Shown piece after piece: positions 25,132-37,856 of a stretch of DNA of 64,000 nt (positions are counted from its first letter, which is position 1; the number at the start of each line of letters is the position of its first letter). The position numbers were made by a program, and so were the translations under genes. The notes under the pieces were generated by a model, which saw nothing but the letters and a program-made list of their open reading frames with translations, searched no databases and had not been told where the DNA came from. Origin of the DNA: Mobula hypostoma (lineage: Eukaryota); NCBI RefSeq assembly GCF_963921235.1, contig NC_086102.1, positions 79,112,001-79,176,000 on the forward strand, read 5' to 3'.

Positions 25132-26859
25132 GTGAGTGAACTCAGTGTGCAAAATGTGGGTTTGCAATGAAAGTTACGATATTTCTTTCCTTCACACAGT
25201 CATCTTAAGTAAGTAGAAATTTCCCATGTGCTATTATGAGAGTTATTCTGCAGTTTATGTAAAGCAGCAATAGCTTTGCATGGCTATGCATTTAACATAC
25301 CACACTGAATTTTTTGGAAAGCCAGTAATGAAATGTTGTTTTACCACATGAATTTTTCATGATAAAATCCTATCAATTCTACGTCCACAAAAGCGACCAA
25401 GACAAGATTTTATGATACATCAATCCTCTGTTACTCACCTTCCTCCTGTAGTTATTTTCAATACAGCTTAGATGTACTTTTAGCTCAGTCAAAAACTCAG
25501 TTGGTAAAATGGTCTGCTGTACATGGACATTCGAGTTCCTTTTGGCCTTAATGATCAGATCTTGGCTTGGAAACCTATACTGGGTTGTATGGTGTATCCA
25601 AAGGAATCAAACCAGTGCAAAAAAAAACCAAGGAATTTCAAGTGAGATATTTACCTGCAATGAATTGAATTTCCATAGTGGTCTGGTTTAGAAGCAGTCT
25701 GATTGTCAAAATTGAAGACCATCTTGACCGAGTTAACACTGACAGCAAATTTCCAGTAATTTGTAAACATTTAAACTTTTTTTTGAAAGCTTTGGGGCAC
25801 CAATAGATTTTTTAAAAGCATCTGGATATACTTTCTCACTTTGTGCTCACAAATGTTGGACTCAACATTCTAATTAAGTATTTTAGTTTTGTGAAATCCT
25901 GTTTTGGCTGTATAGTCATGATTGAATGGCAAAGCAGACTTGCTGAGTCAAATGGCCTAATTCTGCTCCTATGTCTTATGGTCTTATGAATAGATTGTAC
26001 AACATCACCACTCTTAAAACCATAATAGATTGTAATTTAATACAACGTATTCTTGTTATACTCAAAGACCCTAACCAATGTAACTTGTTTACAGCAGATA
26101 ATACATTTGGAGAAGTGAAATGAGTGTAAATATAAACTCGGGTGAAATCATGAGCACACCTTGGTTGCAACCAAGTGGAAACTTTCAGCCTGGTCATCAT
26201 TCGTGGAGTTAGAGGTATACAGCATGGAACCAGGTCCTTTGGCTTACTAACCTCCATGCTGACCATCAAGGACCCATTTAAACTAAACTTATATGAATCC
26301 CATTCTATTTAATTATCCCCCTTTTTTCCCATCAATTCCTCCCAGATTCAACCATACACCCATACATAATTGCTAATTCCCTTCATGTCCAAGACTCCAT
26401 GGATCTCTGTTTTAAATAGATTGAGCATCTGTGCCCCCACAACCACCTTAAGTAGACAATTCCGACATTCACAAACCCATGGGTGAATAAATTTCTATAC
26501 ATCTCTGTCCTGAATGGTGGAACCCTTTTTTTTGAGACTGGACCTACCTTCCTCTCCCCACCCACCTCCCACCCCCAACATCTGCCCATGGAAGTCTTGT
26601 TGTTCTTCTTATCTCCAGAAAATATGGGTCGAGTCTGCTTAGTCTCTTCTCGTACAATAAAGTCACCATCCAAAGCTTCAATATTGTTCTGTAACTTAAG
26701 ACAATCCTCCTCACTATACCATCAATTTTCACTTCACCTGCAAACTTATTAATTGTATTTCCTACATTCATATCCAAAATATTTGGCCAGCTATAAGGTT
26801 CCCAGCACTGATTCGCTGTGGTCGGCCACTGATTGCAGGATTCCAATCTGAGATCTTAT

Positions 26860-27230
26860 CGTCTTCTGAGATCCTGCCAATAACAGTGGTGTCATCAGGG
26901 AATTTATAAATGGTGGTTGAGCTGTGCTTAGCTACACAGTCATGAATGTAGAGAGTAGAGCAGGGGGCTAAGCACACAGCCTTGAGGTGCACCTGTATTG
27001 ATTGTTGGTGAGTGGATGTTATTTCCAATCCGTACTGACTGTGGTCTCCTGATAAGGAAGTCAAGGATCCAGTTTCAAAGGAAACTTCAGAGTCCCATGT
27101 TCTGAAGCTTGTTGATTACTACTGAGAGGATGATGGTGTTGAATGCTGAGTTGTCATTGATAAACAGCAGCCTGACATATGTCCAGCTGCTTCAAAGCAG
27201 AGTAAGGAGCCAGTGAGATTAGATCACTGT
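26860..27230 (-). mobile_element. Rex1/Babar RT fragment adjoining a CR1 fragment (26380-26860)
   Basis: [26 protein letters not shown] on the minus strand; NTINKFAGEVKIDG (CR1) next to it. Confidence 0.7.
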
Positions 27231-28109
27231 AGATGTTAGCCATTTTTTCATCACACCCTTTTAATATAAATGCAATCTACTGCAACCGACTTGTTTCTCA
27301 TATTGTTGTAGTTTTTGTTTAGACTTAAGATCCTGCTTTCAAATTGAACAAAATCAATTTCATATTTTTATACAAAATTCTGTTATATAGTTATCATACT
27401 TCTCTAAAGGTTCCTCAGCTATCGGGTTACTATAAAATCTTATTCAGATTGAACAATACTAGATTTAAAATGGACTTCTCCTTTATTGGTTCATCAAAAC
27501 CAACTCTTCCACAGATTGTGAATTTGCCCTCTGTACGGTTACTGCTAATGATATTAGTCTAGTCTGTATATCGACTGCAGTCTACCCTGTTCATTGAATT
27601 ACTCTTGTCACGTGAATCCATAATTTCCAGAGTTCAGAATTTTCCCTACATTACTACTACTGTTTGCTGGCTTACAGACAATCACATCAAGGTTTCCTGC
27701 AACTCATTGTTGATTAACTTTATCCAAACTGATGCTACTTAATTTCCAAGCTACAATCCCTCCTCCCTGTTACCTTTACCTCAAGCTTATGATCAGGCTA
27801 ATAGTGAACAATGTTTTGTGGAGAGCTTTACCCACATACCTAAATCAACAAACTGTGCAAATACAAAAAGAAAGAAATAATAAATAAGCATTAACTGGCA
27901 AGAACATGAGACGAAGAGTCTTTGAAAGTGAGTCTATTCATTGTGGGAATGTTTCAATGATGGGGCAAGTGTATTTGAGTGTAGTTATCCCCTTTGGTTC
28001 AAGAGACTGATAGTTAAGGGATGGTAACTGTTTCCAAACCTGGTGGTGTAAGTCCTGAGGCTCCTGTACTTTCTTCCTGATGGCAGCTGCAAGAAGAGTG
28101 CATTTCCTG

Positions 28110-29655
28110 GATATAACAATTATACCAGTGCTCAAGAAGTGTAGTGTGAGCTGCCTTAATGACTTTAATCCAGTAGCACTCATATCCAAGGTCATGAAAT
28201 GATTCAAGAGGTTGGTCATGGCCAGAATCAACTCCTGCCTCAGCATGGACCTGGACCCACTGCAACTTGCCTATCACCACAATAGGTCTATAGCAGATGC
28301 AATCTCAATGACTCTTCACATAGCCTTAGATCACCTGGGCAATACAAATACCTATGTCAGGATGCTGATCCTTGACTATAGCTCAGCATTTTAACACCGT
28401 CATTCCCACAGTCCTGACTGATAAGCTGTGGCAACTGAGCCTCTGTACCTTCCTGACTTCCTAACCGGAAGACCACAATCTGTGCGGATTGGTAATAGTA
28501 TCTCCTCCTCCCTGGCGATCAACGCTGGTGCACCGCAGGGATGTGTGCTTTGTCCACTGCTCTACTCTCTCTGTACCCATGACTGTCTGGCTAGGCATAG
28601 CTCAAATAGCATCTATAACTCTGCTGGTGATAAAACCATTGTTGACAGAATCTTAGATGGAGACAAGAGGGCATACAGGAGAGAGATATACCAGCTAGCT
28701 GAGTGGTGTTGGAGCAACAACCTTACATTCAACGTCAGTAAGACCAAAGAGGCGATTGTGGACTTCAGAAGTGGTAGGACGAGGGAACCTGAACCAATCC
28801 TCATTAAAGGATCAGAAGTGGAGAGAGTGAGCAAATTCAAATTCCTGGGTGTCAAGATCTCTGAGGATCTAACCTGGTCCCAACATATCGATGCAGCTGT
28901 AAGGAAGGCAAGACGGTGGCTATATTTCATAAGGAGTTTGAGGAGATTTAGTTTCTCACCTAAAACACTCAAAACTTTTGTAGATATACAATAGAGAGAA
29001 TTCTGGCAGGCTGCATCACTGTCTGGTATTGGGCAGGGGGCGGGGGGGGGACTACTGCAAAGGATTGAAAGAAGCTACAGAAAGTTGTAAATTAAGTCAG
29101 TTCCATCTTGGGTACTAGCCTCTGCAGTATCCAAGACATCTTCAAGGAGCAGTGCCTCGGAAAAGTGGTGTCTGTTATTAAGGCAGACATGAGGAAATCT
29201 GCAGATGCTGGAAATTCAAGCAACACACACAAAAAATGCTGGTGAACGCAGCAGGTCAGGCAGCATCTATAGGAAGAGGTACAGTAGACGTTTCGGGTCG
29301 GGGCCCTTCGTCAGGACTGTCAGCATTTTTTCTGTTATTAGGGACCCACTTCATCCAGGGCATGCCCTTTTCTCATTGTTACCATCGGAAAGGAGGTACA
29401 GAAGCCTGAAGGCACACACTCAGTGATTCAGCAGCAGCTTCTTCCCCTCTGCCGTCCGATTCCTAAATGAACCCATGAACACTCCCTTGCTTTTATTATT
29501 TCTGTTTTTGCACTATTTTAAATTTAACTATTTAATAAATATGTATATTTACTGTAATTGGTTTACCTTTTTCTATATTTATCATGTGTTTCATTGTACT
29601 ACTGCTGCAAAGTTAACAAATTTCACGACGTATGCCAGTGACCTGATTCTGATGA
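28110..29655 (+). mobile_element. Rex1/Babar LINE RT and 3' end
   Basis: [43 protein letters not shown]; tail ctgattctgat. Confidence 0.88.
29184..29330 (-). mobile_element. Penelope-like pseudo-LTR insertion with hammerhead (29283-29318, minus strand) and 13-bp TSD
   Basis: TSD tctgttatta(a/g)gg at 29171-29183 and 29331-29343; minus strand reads AGTC-CTGACGA-A-GGGCCCCGACCC-GAAAC-GTC-TACT. Confidence 0.8.
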
Positions 29656-30176
29656 TATTTACAATATTATTCAAATATTACTTGAATATTAAGTACCCAA
29701 CACCACAATGCTGACAGGGGAGAGTTCCAGGGTTTTGACCCAGCAACAGTGAAGAGAAGGCAAACAGTAAATCCCACTCAGAGGTCATCTCCAAGAAGTT
29801 TACGTGAGGAATTGCAGTGATGACGAAGCTGAATATCAAGAGTACATGGTGAGACTTCCACATGCAGATGGTCCTTGTCAGTGAATGGAATGGTGCAGTG
29901 TTTTGACTGAAACCATCACAGTTCCTCCCCCACTTCAACCAATGCTGCTCAGCCAACCCAGTGAGTTTCTACAGCCAACTGTTTGCTGATCCAGGACTTG
30001 CAGCCTTTGTCTCCTTTATGACTTTGTTGCATTGTTAGTGGCTGGGCCTTTAGGTGGTATCAGCATTACTTTTATAGAGTATTAAATAACCCAGTGGTTT
30101 TTGCATGTTTTAAAATTACTTGTTTATGTATTGATTAGTGTCATTATTTGCATTTTATGATTTCTTTTAATTTTAG

Positions 30177-30238
30177 TGGTAACATCGGATTGGTTACAGC
30201 CACCCCCTGCTATCCCACCACGACCTCCGACTGCCAAG
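30177..30238 (+). CDS. REPS2: REPS2 exon (phase 1 to 0): VVTSDWLQPPPAIPPRPPTAK
   Basis: Strong T-tract ttttag acceptor and AAG|gtaaga donor; matches the REPS2 LLPPPPALPPRP segment. Confidence 0.93.
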
Positions 30239-30599
30239 GTAAGACCCAGTCTATAGTGCAGCTTTGAGTATTGTGTAATTGCCCGGAATCTTTCCCACAA
30301 TACCAGGACTTCCTGCATTTCTCCATGGAGGTCCCTGTTTCCAGCGCTACGATGGGTTGAAGCTGATGGCAGCATCATCCACTCGGTCATCTGGTCTGCC
30401 AGCTGCCTTGTGTACACTGATGGACGCCTCCTTCAGTACATCAGGACAAAACAAGACCTATTGACTTCTCAGCTCTCAACTTGGTAGACTTGGTTGTTGG
30501 GACTGCACCTCATCATACCTGCCAAGCCACATTAAAATGAATGGGAAATACTGGGGAAAAATAAGTGAATGGATTCTTTTATGAGTTTATGGTAGCCTC

Positions 30600-32050
30600 A
30601 TTCAGTAAATCAAGAGGCATGGGATCCAGGAAACTTGGCTGTGTAGATTCGGAATTGGCTTGACCACAGAAGACAGAGGGTGATAGTAGATGGAGAGTAT
30701 TCTGCCTGGAGGTTGGTGACCAGTGGTGTTCCACAGGGACCCCTTCTCTTTGTCATTTTTATAAATGACTTGGATGAGGAAGTAGAAGGGTGTTAGTAAG
30801 TTTGCCCGACCCTCACCTCCAGGCCGGAAACTCTGCCTTTTCAGTCTAGCATTTAAATTGTCCAAACACCGGGTCGTTTTCCCGCACTAGGTTCCGGGCC
30901 CCATGGCAGTGATGTGCTCAGAGCCTGGACTCTGCTGGCATGTTCCAGCCTGTCCACTTGACACTTAGATCAATCTAACCTTGCTCCCAGTTGAGGGAGA
31001 TCAGCTCTGAAACTCCTCTGCTCCGACTCCTCTCTGGTTCACTTGCTCCATCTCCGACTCCGACTCCATCTCCTACTCTGACTCCGATTCCGTCTCCGAT
31101 GCCAACTCCATCTCCGACTCTGACTCCATCTAGAGCATGCCTCGACCAACTCTCCTCGAACATACCACACTCCAGCTTTGCATCGCGCCTGCATGCCTTG
31201 ACCCTCGAGTCAGCCTTGCCTTCACTCGCCTCTTCATTGATAATTCACCACATAAAAAGTGCCATATCCACCAGTAAGATGTGACCCTACTTCAGTAGTG
31301 TCATCTTAAACTGGAAGGTCATCTTTAGAAGTCAGAATACAGGGTTAATGGCAGGATTCTTAGCAGTGTGGACATACAGCGGGATATTGGGGGCTACATT
31401 TATCGATTTCCCCCAAACTCGCCACACAAATTGATAGGCAAGTTAAGAAGATGCATGGTGTTTTGGCCTTCATTAGTCAGGGGATTGAGTTCAAGAACCA
31501 CAAGGTAACGTAGCTTGCTGAAACTCTGGTTAGACCACACTTGGAGAATTGTGTTCGGTTCCTGACACCTCATTATAGGAAGGATGTGGAAACTTTAGAG
31601 AAGGTGCAGAGAAGGTTTACAAGGTCACTACCTGGATTAGAAAGCATGTCTTACGAGGAGAAGCTGAGCAAGCTAGGGATTTTCTCTTTGGAGAATAAGA
31701 GGTGACTTGATAGAGGTGTAGAAGATGTTAAGAGACATACATAGAATGGACAGATATTGCCTTTTTCCCAGGGTTGAAATGGCTAATATGAGAGGGCATA
31801 ATTTTAAGGTGATTGGAAGAAAGTATAGGGGGCATGTCAGAGATAGTTTTTTTTTACACAGTGCTTGGATAGCACTGCCAGGTGAGATGGTGGAGGTAGA
31901 TACAGTACATTAAGGAATCTGAGAGATTCTTAGATTGGCAAAGGATGAAAGAAAAATGGAGGGCTATTTAGGAGGGAAGAGTTTGATCGATCTTGAGGCA
32001 GGCTAAAAGGTCAGCACAATATTGTGGGCCGAAGGGCCTGAACTATTCTG
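30600..32050 (+). mobile_element. CR1 LINE fragments (30600-30810 and 31320-32050) separated by another insertion
   Basis: VTSGVPQG-type RT sequence at 30715-30740; LVRPHLE, RKDVETLEKVQR and CR1 3' tail gggccgaagggcctg. Confidence 0.8.
31020..31130. repeat. Degenerate hexamer repeat (CTCCGA/CTCCAT)n
   Basis: Visible directly; gives the PSPTPT / GVGDG ORFs. Confidence 0.8.
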
Positions 32051-32146
32051 TATGATTACATGATCTATTACAAGATGTTTCAAAAATCACATCCCGAACT
32101 GTGATAGAAACATTTGATTTTCTTTAAATCCCCTCCCCCTACTTTT

Positions 32147-32199
32147 TTTTAGCAGCTGCAAAAAGTGTTTTAGCAGCTGCAAAAAGTGTTTTAGCAGCT
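32147..32199. repeat. 21-bp tandem repeat, about 2.5 copies
   Basis: ttttagcagctgcaaaaagtg repeated. Confidence 0.9.
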
Positions 32200-33114
32200 C
32201 AGGAGCTTTGAAATGATATAAGATTGTTTGGAGCAGGTGTGTATTCTTTTTTAGAGCTTTCTCTCATTTGTCATTTTTCTGTGGTATTCGTTTCATTGGG
32301 TGAGCAGGTGCAAGGCTGGTTGTGAGATATTTACCAATTCCATATTAAATGTCAGTGGCAAACTGCATCTCTCAACTATTTTTCACTTCGCTATCGTGTC
32401 CCACCACTTCCTGCTAGCACACCTGATTTGTTAGGGTTTGTTAGTCTTCTGTTTGACTCTTCAATTGACAGCTTGTTTTAGATTATCTCTGCACCTGTGA
32501 ACCCTCCTCCTTCCTCTGTATCACACTTAGAATGCACAGCACAGTTCAAGCTCTGAAAAGCTCATGAGGAGATTCCAGTGGTGTCATTCATAGAAAGCCT
32601 TTTGAAACAAAACAAGAAAGTTAAAGTTAAAATGGGCAGTGCCAATGTCTCTCAGTAGCTAGCAAAAACAAACTCTAACCAGACAGCAACTGCAGAAAGA
32701 GACGCATGTTTTAGGCCAAACACACTTTATCAGATGGGCAATAGGAAGCCTGTTGACCTGAAAGTTTGGATATCTTTCTATTTCCACACATATTATCTGG
32801 CCTGTTGAATGTTTCCTGAGTTTTCTGTTTAATTTTAGTTTTAGTTTTCCAGCATCTCCCTTTCTTTGATTTTCAGTTACTGTTCCAACAAAGTAGCAAC
32901 ACTTTGTAATTAGGCTTGATCGCGCTAAGGAATGCAGGTTGGAATCAGGCAAATTTCCTACACTAGTTGGTGTCCAGCCACCCCTGTTGGATTTGTGTCT
33001 CTGTAGTCATTAAGTATAGGTGTGCAGCACAGTCAGATGGCCAGGCAAAATGGTTTGTTCCTTCGCATCATGATAAATGACCAGATAGTTCAGTAAATTT
33101 ATTATCTAAGTATG

Positions 33115-33960
33115 TATCAGCATACAGAAGTGAGATTGAAATTTTGGCTGAGGACTGCCAGAAGAACAACCTCTCATTCATTGTCAGCAACACCAAGGAT
33201 CTGATGGTTGATTTCAGCAGAGGGAAACCAGAGGTCCATGAGCCAGTCCTCATCAGAGGATCAGAGGTGGAGAGGGTCAGTAACTTAAAATTCCTGGGTG
33301 TCGGTATCTCAGAGGACCTGGCCTGGACCTATCATATAAATGTAATTGCAAAGAAAGCACGACAGAAAAACCTTGAGAAATTTCTATAAATGTTTGGTGG
33401 AGAGTGTATTTTCTGGCTGCATTACGGCCTGGTATGGGAACACCAATGCTTTTGAATGGAAAATCCTACAAAGGTGGTGGATTCAGCCCAGTACATCATG
33501 GGTAAAGCTCTCCCAACCATTCAGCACATCTACATGAAATGCTATCACAGCATCTATCATCAAAGATCCTCGTCACTTTTCTTGTTGCTGCCATCAGACA
33601 GAAGGTGCAAGAGCCTTAGGACTCACATCACTGGGTTCAATAACAGTTACTACCCCTCAACCATCAGGCTCTTGAACAAAGGAGGATAACTGCACTCATC
33701 TATTGAGATGTTCCCACAACCGATAGTCGCGCTTTAAGGACTTTTTATCTTGCTATTTCATGCTCTTGTTATTTATTGCTATTTATTTATATTTGCAGTC
33801 ACACAGCTGTTGTCTTCTATGCTCTCTACTTGATCTTTCATTGATCCTGTTATAGTTACTATTCTATAGATTTGCTGAGTATGCCCGCAGGAAGAAGAAT
33901 CTCAGGGTTGTATGTGTTGGCATAAATGTACCCCAATATTAAAATTTACTTTGAACTTTG
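33115..33960 (+). mobile_element. Rex1/Babar LINE 3' fragment
   Basis: VSNLKFLGVGISEDLAW; SGCITAWYGN. Confidence 0.8.
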
Positions 33961-34079
33961 AATATGTGACCAGATTCGTTTCCTTGTGGGCATACTCTAA
34001 ATCCAAGAAACATAATAGAAACAATAAAAGACCACATCCAACTGGATGGAAAACAGCAGATGTGCAAACAACAACAAAT

Positions 34080-35330
34080 TGTGTGACACCACTCATCTAA
34101 CTGATATATCTCACTCCTGTACACCCTTTCGTCACCATCTGAAATTCTGTCAACAATGTATCATCAGCAAATTTATCGATGACATTTGAGCTATGTCTAG
34201 TCACACAGGCATGGGTGCAGAGAGAGTAGAGCAGTAGGCTAAGCACACATCCCTGTGGTGTGCCAGTGTCGTTTGCCAGTGAAGTGGAGATATTATTTCC
34301 AATCCCTGCAGGTTATGGACTTGCGGTTAGGAAGTCGAAGATCCAGTTGCAGAGGGAGATACAGAGGCCCAGGTTCTGTAGCTTTTCGATCAGGACTGTA
34401 GGAGTGATGGTGTTAAGTGCTGAGCTGTAGTCAGTAAGCAGTATCCTGACATGGGTTATTTGCATTGTCCAGGTGATCCAAGGGTGCGTGGAGAGCCACT
34501 GTGATCGTGTCTGCTGTAGACCAGTTGTGGTAATAGGCAAATTGCAATGGGTCCAGGTCCTTCCTGAGACAGGTGCTGATTCTGGCCACGACCAACCTCT
34601 CAAAGCGTTTCATCACTGTAGATGTGAGTGCTACTACTGGGATGATAGTCATTGCGGCAGCTCACGCTGCTCTTCTTGGGCACTGGTATAATCGTTGCCC
34701 CATTTGAAGCAGCTGGGAACTTGCAGCTGTGGCAGTGAGAGATTGAAAATGTCTTTGAACACCACTACCAGCTGGTTGGCACAGGCTTTCAGAGCCTTAC
34801 CAGGTGCTCCGTTGGGCCCTGCCCTGCCACCTTGCCAGGGTTCACCCTCTTGAAAGACACCCTATCGTTGGCCTCAGCGACAAAGATCACATCATCGGAT
34901 GCTGCAAGGATCCCCATAGCTGTAATTTTATTCTCCCTTTCAGGGCGGGCATAAAGGCATTGAGCTCGTCGAGTAGTGAAGCATCACTGCCATTCATAAT
35001 GTTGGATTTTGTTTTGTAAGGAGTAATGGCCTGCAAACCCTGCCAGAGTTGACGTGCATCCACTGTCACCTCTAATCTCTCCTAGAATTGTTTCTTGGCT
35101 CTTGAAATAGCCCAACGCAAGTCATACCTGGTTTTCTTACACAGACCTGGATCGCCATACTTAAAAGCCATAGATCTAGCCCTCAGCAGACTACAAACTT
35201 TCTGGTTCATCCGCGGCTTTTGGTTTGGGAATGTACAGTAAGTTTTCATCGGCACACACTTATCCACACAGGTTTTAATGAAGTCGGTGACAGCTGTGTC
35301 ATACTCATCTGGGCTTGAAGATGAGTCCCT
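34080..35330 (-). mobile_element. Rex1/Babar LINE RT fragment
   Basis: [34 protein letters not shown] on the minus strand. Confidence 0.85.
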
Positions 35331-35342
35331 GAATGAAGCAAG

Positions 35343-36097
35343 TGCTGTCGCAGGAACACAGCGTCCATCATCAAGGACCCCAACCTCCCAGGTCATGCTC
35401 TCTCCTCACTGCTGCCATCAGGAAGGTGGTACAGGAGCCTCCGGACCCACATAACCAGATTCAGGAACAGTTATTATCCCTCAACCATGAGGCTTTTGAA
35501 CCAAAGGGGATAACTTCACTCTGAATCAGGTTTAATATCACGAGCATATATCGTGAAATTTGTTAACTTTGCGATGGCAGTACAATGCAATACATAATAA
35601 ATGTAGAAAAATAAATGAATAAATTGCGGTAAGTCCATCAGGAAGGAGGAACAGAAACCTAAAGGCGCACTCTCAGCAATCAGGAACAGCTTCTTCCCCT
35701 CTGCCATCCAATTCCTAAATGGATATTAAATCCACGAACACTATCTCACCACCCTTTATAAATTTCTGTTTTTGCACTCCTTAATTTAACTATTTAGTAT
35801 ACACACATATATTCACTCTGATTCAGTTTTTCCCCGTATTTATCATGTATTGCACTGTACTGTTGCCGTAGAGTTACCAAATTTCACAACATATGCCAGT
35901 GATATTAATTCTGATTCGGAGTGAAGTTATCCCCTTTAGTTCAAGAGCCTGATGATTGAGCGATAATAACTGTTCCTGAATCTGGTTATGTGGGTCCTGA
36001 GGCTCCCGTACCACCTTCCTGATGGCAGCAGTGAGGAGAGACCGCGACCTGGGAAGATGGGGTCCTTGATGATGGATGCTGTGTTCCTGTGACAGCA
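35343..36097. repeat. 260-bp inverted duplication (arms 35343-35602 and 35838-36097)
   Basis: The arms are reverse-complementary along their length and share the same chimeric LINE junction. Confidence 0.8.
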
Positions 36098-36467
36098 TTT
36101 GCAGTAGATGTACTCAATACAGGGAGGGTTTTATTACCCATAATGGACTGGGCTGTAACCATTACTTTTTGCAGGAGTTTCCATTCAAGGGCATTGATGT
36201 TTCCATACCAGGCTGTGATGCAGCCAATCAATATACTCTCCACCACACATCTATAGAAGTTTGTCAAAGTTTTAGATACCATGTTGAATCCTCACAAAGT
36301 TCTAAGGAAGTAGAGACACTGCCATGCTTTCTTCTTAACTGCACTTGCATACTGGACCCAAACAGATCCTCTGAAATGATAACACCAAGGAATTTAAAGT
36401 TGTTGACCATCTCCACCTCTGGCTCATGGACCTCCGGTTTCCTCCTCCTGAAGTCAATAATGAGCTC

Positions 36468-37307
36468 ATATGAGGAATTCTGCAGATGCTGGAATTTCAA
36501 GCAACACGTATAAAAGTTGATGGTGAACACAGCAGGACAGGCAGCATCTCTAGGAAGAGGTACAGTTGACGTTTCGGGCCGAGACCCTTCGTCGGGACTA
36601 ACTGAAAGAAGAGATAATAAGAGATTTGAAAGGGGGAGGGGGAGACGATGCAGCCTTCTATATATTGGCGTGACCTGACGCAGGCTGGGAGACTATTTTG
36701 CTGAACACCTACGCTCTGTCCACCAGAGAAAGCAGGATCTCCCAGTGGCCACACACTTTAATTCCACATTCCATTCCCATTCTGATATGTCTATCCACGG
36801 CCTCCTCACTGTAAAGATGAAGCCACACAGGTTGGAGGAACAACACCTTATATTCTGTCTGGGTTGCCTCCAACCTGATGGCATGAACATTGACTTCTCT
36901 AACTTCCATTAATGCCCCACCTCCCCTTCGTACCCCATCCCTTACTTATTTATTATTTTTTTTTAAATTTCTCTCTCTACTTTTTCTCCCTCTGTCCTTC
37001 TTGCTATATTCCTTGCCCATCCTCTGGGCTTCCCCCCTCCCCCTCCCTTTCTCCCTAGGCCTCCTGTCCCATGATCCTCTCATATCCCTTTTACCAATCA
37101 ACTTTCCAGCTCTTAGCTCCATCCCTCCCCCTCCTGTCTTCTCCTATCATTTTGGATCTCCCCCTCCCCCTCCCACTTTCAAATCTCTTACTATCTCTTC
37201 TTTCAGTTAGTCCTGACGAAGAGTCTCAGCCCGAAATGTCGACTGTACCTCTTCCTATAGATGCTGCCTGGCCTGCTGCGTTCACCAGCAATTTTTATGT
37301 GTGTTGC
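36468..37307 (+). mobile_element. 5'-truncated Penelope-like element with inverted pseudo-LTRs and 14-bp TSD
   Basis: TSD tcaataat(g/c)agctc at 36454-36467 and 37308-37321; YIG codons at 36661-36669; hammerheads at 36564-36599 (-) and 37209-37244 (+). Confidence 0.88.
37209..37244 (+). ncRNA. Minimal hammerhead ribozyme motif
   Basis: AGTC-CTGACGA-A-GAGTCTCAGCCC-GAAA-T-GTC^GACT; core intact, one stem II mismatch. Confidence 0.6.
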
Positions 37308-37674
37308 TCAATAATCAGCTCCTTGTTTTTGCTGGCATTGAGTGAGAAGTTGTTGTGGCACCACTTAGTAAATTTTAAGTCTCTCTCTTGTATGCTGATT
37401 CATCATCAGCTTTGATTTAGCCAACTGCAGTAGTGTCATCAGCAAACTTAAATATGGCACAGGAGCTGTGCTTAGCCTCACAGTCAAGCATATGAAGCAA
37501 GTAAAACGGGGTGAAGCACGCAGTCTTGAGATGCACCCATGCTGATGGAGATTGTGGAAGAAATGTTGCCAATTCAAACAGACTGGGGTCTGCAGGTGAG
37601 GAAATTGAAGATCCAATTACACATGGAGCTATTGAGGCCAATTCTTGAAGCTAACTGATTAGTTTTGAAGGGAT

Positions 37675-37856
37675 ACAACAGGAATTCTGCAGATGCTGGA
37701 AATTCAAGCAACACACATCAAAGTTGCTGGTGAACACGCTGGAAATTCAAGCAACACACCTGACGTCCTGACGAAGGGTCTCGGCCTGAAACGTCGACTG
37801 CGCCTCTTCCTATAGATGCTGCTTGGCCTGCTGTGTTCACCAGCAACTTTGATGTG
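37675..37856. mobile_element. Penelope-like pseudo-LTR fold-back insertion with perfect 14-bp TSD
   Basis: agttttgaagggat at 37661-37674 and 37857-37870; inverted pLTR segments plus an internal duplication of gctggaaattcaagcaacacac. Confidence 0.85.
37765..37798 (+). ncRNA. Minimal hammerhead ribozyme motif
   Basis: GTC-CTGACGA-A-GGGTCTCGGCCT-GAAA-C-GTC^GAC; core intact. Confidence 0.65.

Noticed and set aside
30975-31284. Pro/Ser/Thr-repeat (mucin-like) ORF
   Set aside because: Product of a hexamer repeat inside an insertion within a CR1; no splice support.
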